Source: Toensbergia leucococca (taxonomy: Eukaryota). Taken from it: a DNA stretch of 64,000 nucleotides. The notes beneath the pieces are model-generated. The model was not told the DNA's origin. It was given only the letters and a program-made list of their open reading frames with translations, and did no database searches. Numbering within the stretch: the first letter of the stretch is position 1; each line of letters begins with the position of its first letter. A program made the translations under genes and the position numbers. The stretch covers positions 1 through 64,000 of the forward strand of contig JALDZS010000073.1 in NCBI GenBank assembly GCA_022813965.1. The letters are read 5' to 3'. This document shows, piece by piece, positions 35,500-49,887 of this stretch.

Positions 35500-37514
35500 C
35501 TACTGTACAGTTCCGATGTGACCAACTTCGAGGCCGTCAATAGCAGGCTTGTTGCGTTCTTCTTCCATAATCCAGTTCTCCCAGAATCGTAGCCCCTCAA
35601 CCCCTTCCTCCCGACACAGAGCGCCCTTATCTTCCGCCATTTCCAGCTCTTCGCTTGCGACACCTACACTCCACCCGAACCGCTGCGCCGTCTCTTGCGC
35701 TGTGACCCCGCGACCAAAGACCGCCCAGTCCCAGTTCGCCTCCGTATCAGGCGGAGTGGAGTGAAGTTGCTGCAGCCACGAAAGGAGCTGCGCGATGGTT
35801 TTGTCATCGGTCCAGTCGTATCGTTGCACCACCAAAAGTCCGTTCTTAAATTGGCGCAGTCGCACCGGTAGGTTGAGCTTTTCCCACAAGCGGGCGGCTT
35901 TCTCGAAGTCCATGGGGTTTGTCTGTTCAGCGCCGCCACGGGAGCCGCTGGACATTGCCCAGAGATCGACAAGGCTCATGATGCCGCCTTCTCTGCGCAG
36001 GATGCCCTTTGCGTCATCAGTTAGGTATTCTGCCAGGTTTCGGGACAGCTCTGATAGATAGAGGGATTCGGCGCCGGAATTGGACCCCAGCATGTCTTTG
36101 GTCGTCACCATGCCGAGATTGGCTGCGGATTGCGAAAGGAGCGCATTCGCTTCGGAAGATCCGTCTGGGAATTTGCTTGCGAAAGATTCGGCAAGAGCCA
36201 CGATTTCCTTCGTGGATGCCATGAGGACTTCTAGATCTTCAAAAGAATTCCCGATTACCGATGCGTTTTTAATTCGGAATTCCTGGCCTCGGCGCTCCAG
36301 ACCGGCGATTCCTACCGTCTTGGGCCGCTCAACTGGGGTATTGAGGTTTTGAACGGTTGAATTGGAAGATTGAGCACTGGGCAGCCTCACCCAGGACTGG
36401 CTAGGCCTTGGCACTGGAGGAGCATCATGCAACAGCCATTTACGTTGCACCATTGCACCTTTGAGCCTTTCGTGGAAAATCTTGTCACCCCCAGCATGGA
36501 AAGAGACTTTTACACATTCTGACACACTATTTAAGGATGGAGTAGTGATGTCCAGAGTAGGACCAGGAGACTCAGGACGCGTGAGCCCCCCTTCATGAAG
36601 TATTGCACCAGGAATTTCGGAAGAAAGAAGAGGAGCACCGCACAGCTCGCAGGTCAATAGAGATGGATGGTTGAGGAAAGTACACCGAGGGCATTGGAAT
36701 TTAGAATCTGGCGTTGGAGAAAAAGGCTTAATAGGGTTTACTCCATTATACTCACTACTTGTTTCGCTGTTATACTGCGGATGGCTTTCCAGAAGCGGCT
36801 GGCTTGAAGGTTGGGTCCTTATAGGAGAAGCCTGCCGTGATGATACGCTTGATATAGCAGCTTTCAGAACATGTGCGAAAGGTGGCTTGATGCCACAAGC
36901 TAGGCATGGTGGTAGTGGTGTATGTGCATTGGCAGTGGTGGCATCAAAATTCGATGGAACTGGATTGGAGAAGGAGCAAATAGGGCATATCCATGTTGCA
37001 TTTGTGGGTCTCGTGCGAGGAGTTGGAGAAGAATTCAAGCTTCGTGTGGAAGTGTAGCTTGATGATTGGGAAGACTTGATATTGGATTGAGGAAACAACT
37101 GCTTTGCAGGTTTTGGATACAGCGTTATCTTAGGAGAAGATTTGAGGAAGCCTCCCTAGAAGTGACTGAGCTCGGTGATAGGAATATCGTTAGGCAAGGG
37201 CAGGAGGACTTACATAAAAATCGTAACGTTCGATGTCCTTGAGTTCTATGGCAATGGAATTCTTCCTTGGTTCCGCATTATCGACATAGCAGACCCGGTG
37301 GGATGTAAGGTATGCATGACCATGCTGAAGAGTTGGAATTTTGTACTTTCTAGCGAAAGAGGTCCAGTCAGTCTCTAGGTGTAGGCTTTCGGTACTCTGA
37401 ACTCGGCAATTACCCCTCGTACAGTCCAACGGCGTCTTGAACAAAAAGAAGGGTCTCCTCAGGAGGAAGTGATGGCCGGAGAGCAGTTGACAAGTCTAGG
37501 GGTTGAAGGAACAT
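35500..37514 (-). CDS. VPS36: ESCRT-II subunit Vps36 (GLUE domain with two NZF zinc fingers)
   Basis: MFLQPLDLSTALRP...VGLYEG|...GHAYLTSHRVCYVD, WICPICSFSNP...CLACG, CPRCTFLNHPSLLTCELCG, GIAGLE and ELEMAEDKGALCRE. Confidence 0.92.
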
Positions 37515-37750
37515 TCAGTCGTTGTTATCATCATGCTCTGGTGCCGCTGTGCTGCAGCAGATTATCCTCGCGTACCTCGGAGCCATGTTGACGTAGAATC
37601 ATCCGGAATTTACCGCGGCGTGACTATTTAGGGCTTAGCTCCATTAACTCCCTAGCCACAAATCACAACAACACTGACTGGGGTACTCTGTATGTTCAAC
37701 TCACCTTCATCAACATCACGTCTACTCACTTATGCTCATCTTCAACTTCC

Positions 37751-39484
37751 ATGGCAATCACCCCTGTATGTCAAAACCCTCTAAATATCTTCCTCAACCT
37801 TTGTGTGCCTTGAGTGAGTCAGTATAATGATCACGACAGCCCTTCCTTGGCCATCACCCTTCTCGAACCAAAAATCATGACTAGTATGTCTTTTCAGACC
37901 CTCAGTAGGGTCCTGTACTCATCTGTTCAAGCTTCTAGCGCTTTCACAGCCGTATCTGCCAGAAGAACCTTTGCGCGACCAACCCCACCCTTCGAGCCAG
38001 TCTCCAACACAGAACCCGTAGTAGCGCCAGGCGCGAGCCCTACTGGGGCGGAGAAGTCGAAGCGCGACTGGCCTTTGTCTGTTCGTCAGTATGTACAGAG
38101 AGCTTTTGCCATCGAAAATGCCGTTCCTGGCATCAGCCGACAAGAGATGGAGTCCAAGCTAAAGCTAATCATCTCGGATGCGGCGGATAACAACACCCTG
38201 AACGCTTTAGATTGGGAAACAATGCCACTGCCCCAGCAAATGATACAAAGGGAGCGTGCCATTGTAGTGCAAACGTCTGCGGAAACACCCCGGGCAAATG
38301 ATTTGTCTTCTCTCAGTCTACATGAAACTAACGGATCAAGCAACGGTACACTGTCAAAAAAAAGAAAGTCTTCAGATTTGGTCCTGGTTCAAGCCGATCA
38401 GGATAGCCAACCACCTTGGCGAAATACTAACAGTCGTAACGTTTTTGAGGAGCGGATCTCGTATCCGGATAAGCGGCCGCGTTATGACACACCCGGAAAA
38501 GGCACCAGTAAGTCCCATAATGCCTTGGACAAACGCAGACATCGTTTTGAGGATGAACAATCCGGATTTTTGACTGGCCAGCCATTGGTGGTCAACATCA
38601 CTACCTCTGACACGGACCAAGGCCCCGTCGTTGGCCGATGTCAGGATTTAGAGAAGAGGTATTTTCGACTTACGTCTGCACCAAATCCGGATACTGTCCG
38701 TCCCTTGCCAGTGCTTGAAAAAACGCTCGAGCATCTAAAAAGGAAATGGAAGAAAGAAAACAATTATTCTTACATTTGTGATCAGTTCAAGTCCCTTCGT
38801 CAGGATCTGACTGTTCAGCATATCAAGATTGAGTTTACAGTGAATGTTTACGAAATTCATGCTAGGATTGCATTGGAGAAAGGGGATCTGGGTGAGTATA
38901 ACCAGTGCCAGACACAGCTACGGGCATTGTATCCTTATAATCTTGGAGGACATCCTACCGAGTTCAAGGCCTATCGTATTCTTTATTTCATTCACACTTG
39001 CAACCGGACCGATATGAATGATGTTTTAGCAGATCTAACAACAGCAGAAAAGAGAGAGCCCGCCATCAAGCATGCGCTAGATGCACGTTCAGCACTAGCC
39101 TTGGGAAATTATCACAGATTCTTTCAACTGTACCTTGAGACCCCCAATATGGGCGCATATCTGATGGATATGTTCGTGGCTCGGGAACGTCTAGCTGCTC
39201 TATCGAATATGTGCAAATCGTACGTTGGCTTCAGCTTTAGAGTTCGAGCCATTACTAATACAAAGTGCAGATATAAGCCAGCTGTCAAGCTACGTTTCAT
39301 TACCGAAGAACTCGGCTTCGAATCTGACGAGGAGAGCGCACGATTTCTTTGCGATTATGGTGCGCAGACTTTCCTGGAAGAGCGTGAGGACGGCGTATGT
39401 CTTCTCACAGGAAAAGTTGGAAATACATTAGAAGTTGCCAAAGACGCAGCTTTCAAAAGAGTGGACATCAAGGGCCAGATGTAA
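37751..39484 (+). CDS. THP3: SAC3/GANP/THP3-family protein (Thp3/LENG8)
   Basis: WPLSVRQYVQRAF, LDWETMPLP, GRCQDLEKRYFRLTSAP, YICDQFKSLRQDLTVQHI and GDLGEYNQCQTQL. The 5' micro-exon (ATG 37751) is tentative. An in-frame intron lies near 39220-39270. Confidence 0.85.
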
Positions 39485-40875
39485 TGGGGGCATGACTAGT
39501 TTGAAGTCATCGCCATATTACTACCCATTAGACTTGGATCCTCGAAGCTATGATCTTTCCTGGTATTGCAAAATCTAGGGCTTACTTTCTTATTCATCTC
39601 GGTGACAAGGTTCTCGTGCCTAGCATCTTTCATCTTTCACGTATTGTGCTGTTGGATCCGTTCCCTTCTGCACTGCGGGTGATTTCGAATTTCATAGCGC
39701 TGACATTTGTGGCTTTCTACTCGATCTTCGGGATTATGTGGAACGGCGAGCAAGGAATTTCTAATGCTAGCTGTGCATAGCCTCCAGGTCTGTGAGTAAT
39801 TGATTACATGTATTCTGGCGTAAATGTAGGTCTTGCAAGTTAGTACGCTTACATTTGGGGCGCATGCTGTATTACAGCGACCAGAAATGGAAGTGTGAGG
39901 GAATCTGCGTCCCTTTTGGTGAATGGTCAGGCTCGAAATATTTTACAGGGCGCCAAGGGATACAGAGAAAGCTACTACTACTGCGATGAGTGATAAAGTG
40001 GTGATCCATATCCGTAGATAGGTGTAATTGTGTTATGGCTCAGTCCCGCTGGTCATCTGTGTAGCTTCAACTCAATTGTGCCTGACAATTCCTATTCTAG
40101 GTATCTATTGTAGGCTCCCGCTCCATGCGCCAAGCCGTGCCTGACAGCCGCCTTGCAAGTAGAAGCCGTCATATTTGAATTGTCTGGGCCTTATCCAAGT
40201 GAGCTGGATGGAAGTACTTACTTTGTCTATTCATCTCAATCGTCATTCACGCACTGCCATTTGATTTGTTATTGATGTTCTCCTGTACATGTAGCCAGTC
40301 GATGCCCTCGCCGAAAGACATGTATTTTTAATCTCTGGACATGAGACTTGACACTTTACCTGACTGTTCCACCGGCACAGCACCAGCTGATCAGATTTCG
40401 ACGCGAGTCTCCTGCAGGGTGGGAACGAAGACTTTTCCCACCTAGCAAGCTTTTTGATCTGCAGAATATACCCCTTACCTCCGCCCTAGTTGTTGCAACT
40501 CCACGTTTTCCTTTGACTATCGACAAGCTTTTCCCACTGAACAGAAACACTCTTAATTCCCGATCCTTTATCGATAACGGCCCTCTCACGTTTTTCTACC
40601 ACAACGAAAAGCTTGTCTGCTGTCTCACCCTATCAAGTATCACCCCTCATTTCACACGCCGCCCTGTCCCGAATTCCAGCCACCGAAACCCCCCCACGAG
40701 TAACGAGGACTGGCCAAAACACCCCATTACCAACCTGACACGCCGAGCAACAACCACTGTCTACATTACGACATCGTGATCGTATCAAGTCACCCAGCTT
40801 GCCTTTCGCCCCGTTGTTCTCTTTGGCGCCTTGAATCCACGGAGAGATAATCGCAACCTTAGCTGGTTGCCGACC

Positions 40876-42974
40876 ATGAAGGTACTCGGCCGCACAGTAA
40901 TTTGATCTTTAGCCAACTTCAAGCGCTAACGCCTTGGGCACAGGCTATCCGGCGCTCTATCAAAGGGGAGAAGTCCGAAACCAAAGCCCATCATATCTCC
41001 CTCACACCCAAGTCTGCCATAGCAATCTTACCGCCGAAAAAGGTCCAACAATCCCATTGTTCATCCAGCCTTTTGACGGATAGCGACTGAGCTGACAATC
41101 TGCGGCCTTGACTAGGTAATAAAAGCCCTACACGATTATCAACCCGAGCCAAAGAACACTGCGGAATTGGCATTTCATAAAGGCGATTTCTTTCATGTGA
41201 TTAGTCGAGAAGATGACGCGACATGGTACGAGGCATGCAATCCCTTGATACCAAGTGCACGAGGCCTAGTACCAGTATCATATTTTGAGGTGATAGGGAA
41301 GACCGAACGGCAAAGTGCAGGCTCTACTGCATCAGGCGCTAGCAATACATTTCCTCCGCATGACTCAGGATATGCAGAGAAGCCCGCGCATGAGCGGCAA
41401 GATTCGAGTGTCACTGCAAGAGCAACGGGACATTCGAGGATGTCGAGCATGGGAAAGGGTTCAGGGGCCATGGTTTATGGGATTGTACAGTATGACTTCA
41501 ATGCCGAAAGACCTGACGAACTCGACGCAAAAGAGGGAGAGGCAATAATTGTGATAGCCCAGTCCAATCCGGAATGGTTTGTGGCAAAGCCTATTGGAAG
41601 ATTGGGGGGACCTGGGCTGATACCCGTGTCATTCATCGAAATAAGAGATATGACAACAGGACAGGCTGTACCTGACGCTCAAGATGCTGTCCAAAGAGCG
41701 GGCGTACCGAAAGTCGAGGAATGGAAGATCATGGCTGCAAACTACAAGAAGAGTAGCATCACCTTAGGCAAGATCGAAGCTGCTAACGCAGCGTCAATGC
41801 CTCGAGATATGGATCAGATGAGTCTAAGCAACGGAAATCCGCCATACGCTAATTCCAATGGCGTTCCAAATGTAGGCGATTCAATAGATGTCAGAAAATA
41901 CCAATCACTAATCTGAGATAGGCACAGAATCAATCCTATCACCAGAGAAATGGCAGCAAAACCACTCAGAATATGGATAATCGGCGTTCATCGCCTACCC
42001 AGCTATGTCCTGTATCCGCATCGGTTCCAAGATACCACTTTGAAAATGATAATTACTGGTACATCATCGAGTGCGTCCTAGAAGATGGCCGACACTGGGA
42101 GCTTTCCCGGTTCTACAAGGATTTCTACGATTTTCAAATCAAACTCTTACAACAGTTTCCCAAGGAGGCCGATTCAAATGGTGGCACAAGGATATTACCC
42201 TATATGCCTGGTCCCGTCACCTATGTTACAGATGCTATCTCCAATGGTAGACGAGAAAGTCTTAATGAATATGTCAAGAAACTTTTGGTGTTACCTCCCT
42301 ATATCTCAAAGTGCAGGTTGGTACGGAGTCTTTTTGCGCCTCGCCAAGGCGACTTTGAACTGGACCCGAGAGCGGTGGGCGAAGATTATCGCCTCTCAGA
42401 CGCATCTCAGCATTCTTCAGTGGTCAATGGTATATCGAGGACGGCATCGAGGCAGTCATCCCGGGGACAGATTAACGGCAGTAATGGACATTTGCCTGGC
42501 TCCATGCATCCGCCTGGGCAACGATCGAATTACCAACAAATCCAGTCTTCAACGTCTACCAACGGTGGAGCTGCAGCAGGGCAAGGTAATCTCCGCAACC
42601 CGCAAGACAATCACCAACCTGTCATCAACCGGCAGCCGTCGTCCCTAACGCAAGCATCGGCTACCTCTAGTGGAACGCATCAATCCACTCCAGCAACGTC
42701 AGCTCCCAACACATCAACAACCAATGTCTCGAGTGGGGCACTCAAAATCAAAGTGTTTTTCGAGGACGATTTGATTGCGATCAGAGTGCCGAGTGATATT
42801 AGCTTCCAACAACTGAAGGATAAATTGATGGACAGATTAAAAGTACAAGACGAGATTCGAATTCAGTATAAAGATGAGCCTAGTGGGGGATACGCGGAAT
42901 TGGTGAACGATCGAGACTTGGATTTGGCTCTAGAGAGAAATCCGAAGCTCACACTTTACGTTGGATATGCTTGA
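40876..42974 (+). CDS. BEM1: Polarity scaffold Bem1/Scd2 (SH3-SH3-PX-PB1)
   Basis: MK|AIRRSIKGEK...PPKK|VIKALHDY, two SH3 domains, a PX domain (WELSRFYKDFYDFQI...LPYMPGPV) and a C-terminal PB1 (KIKVFFEDDLIAIRVP...KLTLYV). Confidence 0.95.
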
Positions 42975-43570
42975 TTTAGAAAGACACTAATGACGAACAA
43001 AGAGATGGGAGTTTATTGGGTGAATGGTAGCCACTAATGAATGCTTGGAAGTGTTTATGGGAGGCATAATAATGGGAGTTTTGCGGGTACTTTATCTTTG
43101 CCGTCTCATTCTTGATTTGTATCTGCTTTCACATCATTCTATCGAGACTCCCAATCTGGTATGCAAGAGGCGTATGGAAATGTAGGTAGGAAAGGACCAA
43201 GTGCGTATTAGTATCATTTACCCGATTTTTCACTCTTCGTGCTATGAGCATTTGCAAGGCAAATATTGAGTCAACGACTCGTTACTGAAATTACAATAAA
43301 TACCACAACACCCATTGCAACAACGAACTCACTCTATGCCTAAACAACCAGCACTCCTAAGATAGTCACTTGTACAAATGTACCGGGTATTCGTAGTTCC
43401 ACAGTTCTAATGCCGTCTAAAAGCCGGTCCCGGATAGCTTTCCCGTCCTAAAGTCTAGCAAATGCGGAACTCCGCGCTGTTGCTCTGCAGAGACCAGCTT
43501 GCATGCTATGAGGTCTGCTGCTCTTCTGTATCATGTTATTATCTTCGTACGTTGAGTTGCACCTAAGACC

Positions 43571-45462
43571 ATGGCCTCAACTCTCGTGGCATCAACACAA
43601 CTCAAGCCTTTCCACCGCATAATCAGCGACCTTCTGACAGTCAGTCAAACTGGCCTTCGGCCACAAAGGCGAACGGTTTGTACCCAATGTCTGCAATCGC
43701 ATCCAGGAAGAACAGTTCGGGGACGCCATGATGTTCGAGCGCCTCAAAGCACCAGACCTTGGACGAGACCACCTCTGCCGGCTCCCAGCGTCCATTCCCC
43801 TCGGCCTTTAGCTACAGTCAGCAATGGTACGATCCAATCCGTCCTCAAAAGGCAGCTGGGTCTACATTAACGTATCTTGTAGCTAATTCTGAAGCCAGAG
43901 GACCATTGGATGAATACGATGAGCGGGTTCATTCCCATCGTCTCAGAGAAGATGAGCATCAACGAGGTATAGAATCTACTCGATTGCTCGCTCAAGCTTG
44001 CTCACGATCATTCTGCCAGGCATTGTACAAAACCTACAGGACCTCCACGACATGTTGAAGGAGTACCAAGCTCCTAAGGTCGTCCATCCAAGTATTGAAT
44101 CTCTCAAGCCTCAAAAAAAGTCATTTCTCGACTCCTTGCTCCATCGCAGGCGATCTCAACGGCTTTCAACCAGAGTTCCTCGCAATCTTCCCAAGGGTCT
44201 CTACATGTACGGCGACGTGGGCAGCGGGAAGACGATGCTGATGGATATGTTCTATGACACCTTGCCGCAAAACATTACTTCCAAGACCAGAGTGCATTTT
44301 CACAGTTTCATGCAAGATATCCACAAACGGCTGCATGCAATGAAAATGGAACACGGAAGTGATTTAGACGCTATCCTATATGTCGCGGCAGACATTGCCG
44401 AAAAGGCAAGTGTGTTGTGTTTTGACGAATTTCAATGTACTGATGTTGCCGATGCCATGATATTGAGGAGGTATGTAGGCGGCTTGAAACAGTGGACTCT
44501 ACATGGCCTAATTAAGCGCAGACTGCTCGAGGCTCTGATGTCCCACGGTGTAGTGCTAGTCACGACCTCTAATCGACATCCAAACGACTTATATAAGAAC
44601 GGATTACAGCGAGCTTCCTTCATTCCGTGCATCAACCTACTGAAGACCAGCCTTAGAGTCTTAAATCTCGACTCCACCACGGATTACCGAAAGATCCCCC
44701 GGCCCCCATCCGGTGTCTTCCACCATCCTCTCGATAAAGCAGCAACATCTCATGCAGAGAAATGGTTCGAATTCTTGGGTGATCCGGAAAATGATCCCCC
44801 TCACACAGCGAGGCATACGGTTTGGGGGCGAGACATTGAGGTCCCTAAAGCCAGTGGCACGGCAGCGATGTTTGGTTTTGACGAATTGATCGGTCGAGCA
44901 ACTGGCGCGGCGGATTACTTGGAATTAATGCGGACTTATGACGCCTTCATCGTGACCGGTGTCCCAGGCATGACACATAGGGAGAGAGACTGGGCAAGGA
45001 GGTTTATTACTTTTATCGATGCTGTATATGAAAGTCGGGTAAGATATTTTCAACATCTATACCCTAGCAAAGATACATAGCTAACCATAGCAGTCGAAAC
45101 TTGTGCTTACCACTGCTGTGCCTCTCTATGAATTATTTATGTCTCACAGCGAGGTCGACGAAGCTTTGGAAGGTGGTCGAAAGACAGGATCGGTGAAGCA
45201 CGCTGAAGATCACGAAGATGTGGATGATGTAATGCGGCAAATGATGGACGATCTGGGAATGAATATGAAAATGCTCAAAAACAGCAGCATCTTCTCCGGG
45301 GACGAAGAGAGGTTCGCTTTCTCTCGGGCATTGAGTAGGTTGAGCGAAATGGGCAGTCAGGATTGGGTGGAGAGAGGTCTTGGTCTAGAACATCGAGGTG
45401 GATTGAACGAGAAAGAAGGATGGCAAAGAGTTCGAAGTCGATGGAGGGAGGACAGCATGTAA
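43571..45462 (+). CDS. AFG1: Mitochondrial AFG1/LACE1-family ATPase
   Basis: Arg/Thr-rich presequence, Walker A GDVGSGKT, Walker B LCFDEFQ, TSNRHP, RRFITFIDAVYE and FAFSRALSRLSEM. Several introns. Confidence 0.92.
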
Positions 45463-47134
45463 GTTTAAGATGGTATTGATAGGTGGGCCTCTTTTGGATA
45501 AGGCTGGACGGAGTAAGTATACCTCAAAACGGTAGCTTGAGAAGAGTACTTTCTACAGATTTGACTGGGCATAATGGAATGCTGTATATAACATGATGAG
45601 ACTTTCACATGAAAGGGCAAAACAGCTTTGATCTTCTTCTCATTTATTAGTCTAATATCACAAGGCTACTTATACACTGACACCCCTTTTGATACATTGA
45701 AACCTACCGGAAGAAAACCTGCTTTATTCTACGAAAAACATGCTCTGTTTTGAAGACATATTTGATTCCGAGGTCATACGGTTAATTGTCTGATTTCTAC
45801 TATAGGATTTGAGCTGGGGTTTCGAAGACAATCTGTGATGGATGAGTACGTAAAGTAGAATATAAATCTAATGGGGAACGGGATGGAAGGACAGGATCAA
45901 CAAGGTGGACTTCATTTTGTCATTCGATTTTTAGTACAATAGAGGAGGCACATGGCATGCGACAGCACAATCTGATACAGAATCATGGTCTTCCCCGTCC
46001 GATATTGCGCTCAGCTAGGGCTGCGAAAGACGAGCGTCGGAAGTGTCAATGTATCAGAAAGAGGTGTCGGCGTATCAAAGGCCTATCAGTGCTGTCGTTC
46101 CTCCTGCTGCGGCTTCGTTGGACAAGATAGGTAGCGGGTGCGTACATGATGCTGAAAATGCACCACTGAGAAAGAGATCAGGCCATTGCCAGCATGGATG
46201 GAGCTCGACTGCCAGTTGCCTCACGATATCGGGAACTTGGAACGAGCGGCGCAATGATGGAGGGTGATATAAGGCAAGCATCAAGGGAGCTGCCTCAGTT
46301 TCTTGCCCCTATGCGACAGGAAGGCCATATCCGCATCCTAAGCAATTTTCCGATCAGTGGACGTGGAAGGGTTGCATTTATTTGTTCCCGATGGCTTGGT
46401 AAACCAATCAGGAGCAAAGCGTGCGAAAGGAGATACAACTAAGCTCGGGAACTTGATTAGGGCACGAGGGTGAAGGGACTGGATAGTCTAGATGAAGTTC
46501 AATAATGACTGAAATTGCCTCTTGAGTGGATCTTGTCACTGACGTCTTCGCTACAGCTAGACTGCCGACCGATAGGAATCGGGAGCAGTGCCAATATTCT
46601 CTATCCCTACATTATTCTGTTTGGGGGAGTACAGGTAGCGAGGTAGGATAGAGGCAGCTCACAAGTTAAGTAATGCATTCCTTTATGTTCCGCGCCGCAT
46701 CAATGAACTACCGCATTGTGCTAATTGGACGAAGGATTAATGTCAGGATGGTGTTGTGTTACTTGCATGGCGGCCTGCTTTGCCGTGCGGCGTTCAAGAA
46801 ATCGTAGATCAGCGCATATGGCAGTTTGCCCAGATACGAGTACTTATCATCAACAACTCCGCCCAGTGCCGCCATCATGAACGTTAAACATCGGACCAAG
46901 TCTCGAGCAGGAGTAGCTCGTGCCTGTCAGCCAGCCGCGAGTCCCACTCCACAATGCCAAACCTTGATAGCTGGAACCTCAACGGCCTCCTACGTCACAT
47001 CTACGACGCCCCCACTACCGCCGACGCCAAACGCCAGAAAGAAAAAGGTAAGGCCTAAATCTCCCCGGCATACCTGATATACCTGATATACATCCATTGC
47101 CATTTGTTCCTGCAATCTCCAAACACCCATCATC

Positions 47135-48474
47135 ATGTGGCTCCGACCAAAAACCGCTGACGGGACAGGGGCAGCGCATCACAAGGTTTCCTTCTCTGGA
47201 TCCTCCAAATCGTCCGGCGAACACAATGGCGTTCAATTACGATCCCCTTCTACAGCCTCTCGCTCATCTTCTCCTCAACCTCAAAGACCCATCCTTACCC
47301 ACAGACCTTCGACTCAACGCCGATGGTCAGAGAATCGCAATTGGCAGCGTATAAACCGACAAAGCGAAGCCTTGTGGCAGTAAGCAACCCACTGTGCACC
47401 ACTCCTTTCACACCCAATCTGTACTCACAAACATCTCTCAGAGAAACCATCCCCGCAGACACCGTCCAACCGCGCCCCTTCCTAATCTTCCATGACTCCT
47501 TCCACGACCTCCTCGGTCCCAATCCAACCCTTCAAGTCTTGATTTCCGACCCCCGAGCCCCCTACTTCCACGAAGCCGGCGTATTCCACCCCCCAACAAA
47601 CACGCTCTTCATCACCTCCAATCAAATCCCCGACGCCTCGCCGGACGCCGTCGCCACTCAAAACAAAACAATTGTTATTACAAAAGTCGAGTTCTTCTCC
47701 CCAACAGACTTCACCCGCGACAAAGTCCGCTGCCCGGAGCGCAATTATATGGCCAATGGCGGCACCAACTACCGCGACGGTCTCATCATCTGCGCTCAAG
47801 GCTCTCTGCGCGAACCCGCTGCCCTTATCTACATGGAAGCCAAACGCCCTCACAAAACCACCACCCTCCTAAATAACTACCACAACCGACCCTTCAATTC
47901 CCCCAATGACGTCGTCGTCCACTCGGACGGCAGCATCTGGTTCACCGACCCCATCTACGGCTACGAACAAGGCTTCCGGCCCAAGCCCCAACTCCCCCAA
48001 CTCGTCTATCGCTTCGATCCCGCCACCGGCGACGTCCGTGCCATGGCTGACGGCTTCGGCCGCCCCAACGGCATCTGCTTTGCCCCTGGCGAGGAAACCG
48101 TTTACATCACCGACACGGACCAGATCCACGGCAACGGCCTTAGCGACCTCCGCCGCGCGGCCACCATTTACGCCTACTCAGTGTACTGGGAGAACGACAG
48201 CCCCTTTTTGATCAACCGGCGCGTGTTCGCGTACGCCGACTCTGGCGTCCCGGACGGCATCAAGTGCGATGTTTTGGGCAATGTGTACGCGGGTTGCGGC
48301 GACGGCATTAATGTGTGGAGTGCCGGTGGCATGCTAATTGGTAAGATTTTGATCGAGGGGGGCTGCGCGAATTTTTGCTTTGGGAGGGAGGGCGAGATGT
48401 GGTGTTTTGGGGAGCATAGGCTTTGGAGGGTAAAGTTGGGAGATGAGACTAGGGGGGCTTTGTTGGGGATTTAG
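47135..48474 (+). CDS. SMP-30/gluconolactonase/LRE-family beta-propeller protein
   Basis: Exon 47135-47379 and a phase-2 intron at 47380..47441 (GTAAGC...CTCAC...CAG) join exon 47442-48474. Motifs FHEAGV, MANGG, FNSPNDVV, WFTDP, RPNGICF and VPDGIKCD. Confidence 0.88.
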
Positions 48475-48643
48475 GGAGTGGGTTGAGGAATGGGGAGAGG
48501 AGGTTGATTTTTTATAGGGGGGTTCGTGCGTGGGTGGCTTTTTCTAGGGGGGGCGTGGGTGGTATGTTGTGTGAGATTATAAAGACTTGAGTGACGATTG
48601 AATTTGGGGGCCGTTTATGGCTGCGAGCTTTTTGTGTTATTGA

Positions 48644-48682
48644 GTGAGAGAGAGAGAGAGAGAGAGAAAGAGGGAGAGAGAG
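48644..48682. repeat. (GA)n microsatellite
   Basis: Run of GA dinucleotides with minor interruptions. Confidence 0.85.
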
Positions 48683-48959
48683 GCTGCAGAATAGATGAGA
48701 TAGATATCTATCTGAAAGATAACGTGCTCGGAACGCCTATAATTTTCCAAAAGAGAGATTTCTTGCTGGACATGGAACTGACTGATGCATACCTTTGCCT
48801 CGTGGTTGGGAAATTCTCTTCGTGCAGCATGACCGGGCAAAATTACCTATTCATGTCGAAAATAAGAAGAACTCTTGAAAATTCCCTTCTTCCGGCTTGC
48901 CCCCTCTGTAAAAATGCACCGAAGCCCATTTTCTTCTTAAGTGGGGCTACCTTACTTAG

Positions 48960-49454
48960 ATGAGAGTCTTTGGAGGGGGACATGATTCATTCCATCTCAG
49001 ATTTTTTTCTTTTGATCTGTTGTATTTAAAATCTATGAATTTCTGTTTTTTCCCGTCAACATTGTATATACTTCAGCCTCTCATTCAACCTTTTTGTTCA
49101 AGATAATAAAGAAAGAATCTTGTTTTCCTAGCTTGAGCTCAGGGGGTGGGTAGTGAGTGAATGATACAAATCACTCTACTTTTTTTTAGTTTTTCTCACC
49201 CTGTCATTCTTCACAAAAGTCTTTGATCACATTCAATTGAAAATGCTTTTTTAAAGAGAGAGAAATGATTCATGTGAACTTGATTTTATGGTTCTTTATT
49301 TTTTTTTTTAAATGCCTGAGGTGTTTTAATCTTGAAAGTTGGTTTATTGTGTATGTCTTATCAAACTTTCTGTTTATTGTGGTGTTTTTTTTTCGTCAGA
49401 GGTAGAGGAGATTAGGTTGTTTACTGTTGTGTGATTCTAACTAGAGGTCTTGCT

Positions 49455-49490
<36 letters not shown>

Positions 49491-49640
49491 GGAAGAGAGA
49501 GCTACAGGGGGGTGTTGAATACTGTTCTATTTGCGGAGATATGGAGTTTGGTTTTGTTTTTTCAATGGAAGAGGAGGGCGAAGGGATGGATGGTGGGGTT
49601 TGTAATTCAAAGAGAGTTTTTTAACGGGACGGCATCGGTT
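48960..49640. other. AT/T-rich low-complexity intergenic tract including a poly-T run of about 33 nt near 49457-49489
   Basis: Many T-runs, low GC and no credible ORF. Confidence 0.6.
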
Positions 49641-49887
49641 GTCTGTTGATCAGGGCTTCGTTTTGGGAGAATTTCTGATCATATTGACGTTGTGCGGGAG
49701 AGTGATAGATAGAGCATGGAATTTGAGTAGGTAATATGTGATGTATATCATCTATGTCATATATCTTCGATGTCTCTGTCACATCTTCATACTCTACTCA
49801 TCGGAAAAAGGGCCGCAGATGATTATGAGAGTATTTGTAAGGGTTTTGTGGCCGTAATGATTTCACGCGGCCCTCACAGTAGAGATA

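Noticed and set aside
43267..43273. Isolated TGAGTCA sites (also about 19847 and 37815)
   Set aside because: Several single 7-mer hits are expected by chance in 64 kb.
45900..47080. Short ORFs upstream of the SMP-30 gene
   Set aside because: No family signature and mostly non-ATG starts.
47323..47441. ORF-track start MVRESQL for the SMP-30 protein
   Set aside because: The splice signals at 47380 and 47441 are phase-compatible only with ATG 47135, so the track's N-terminus probably reads through an intron.
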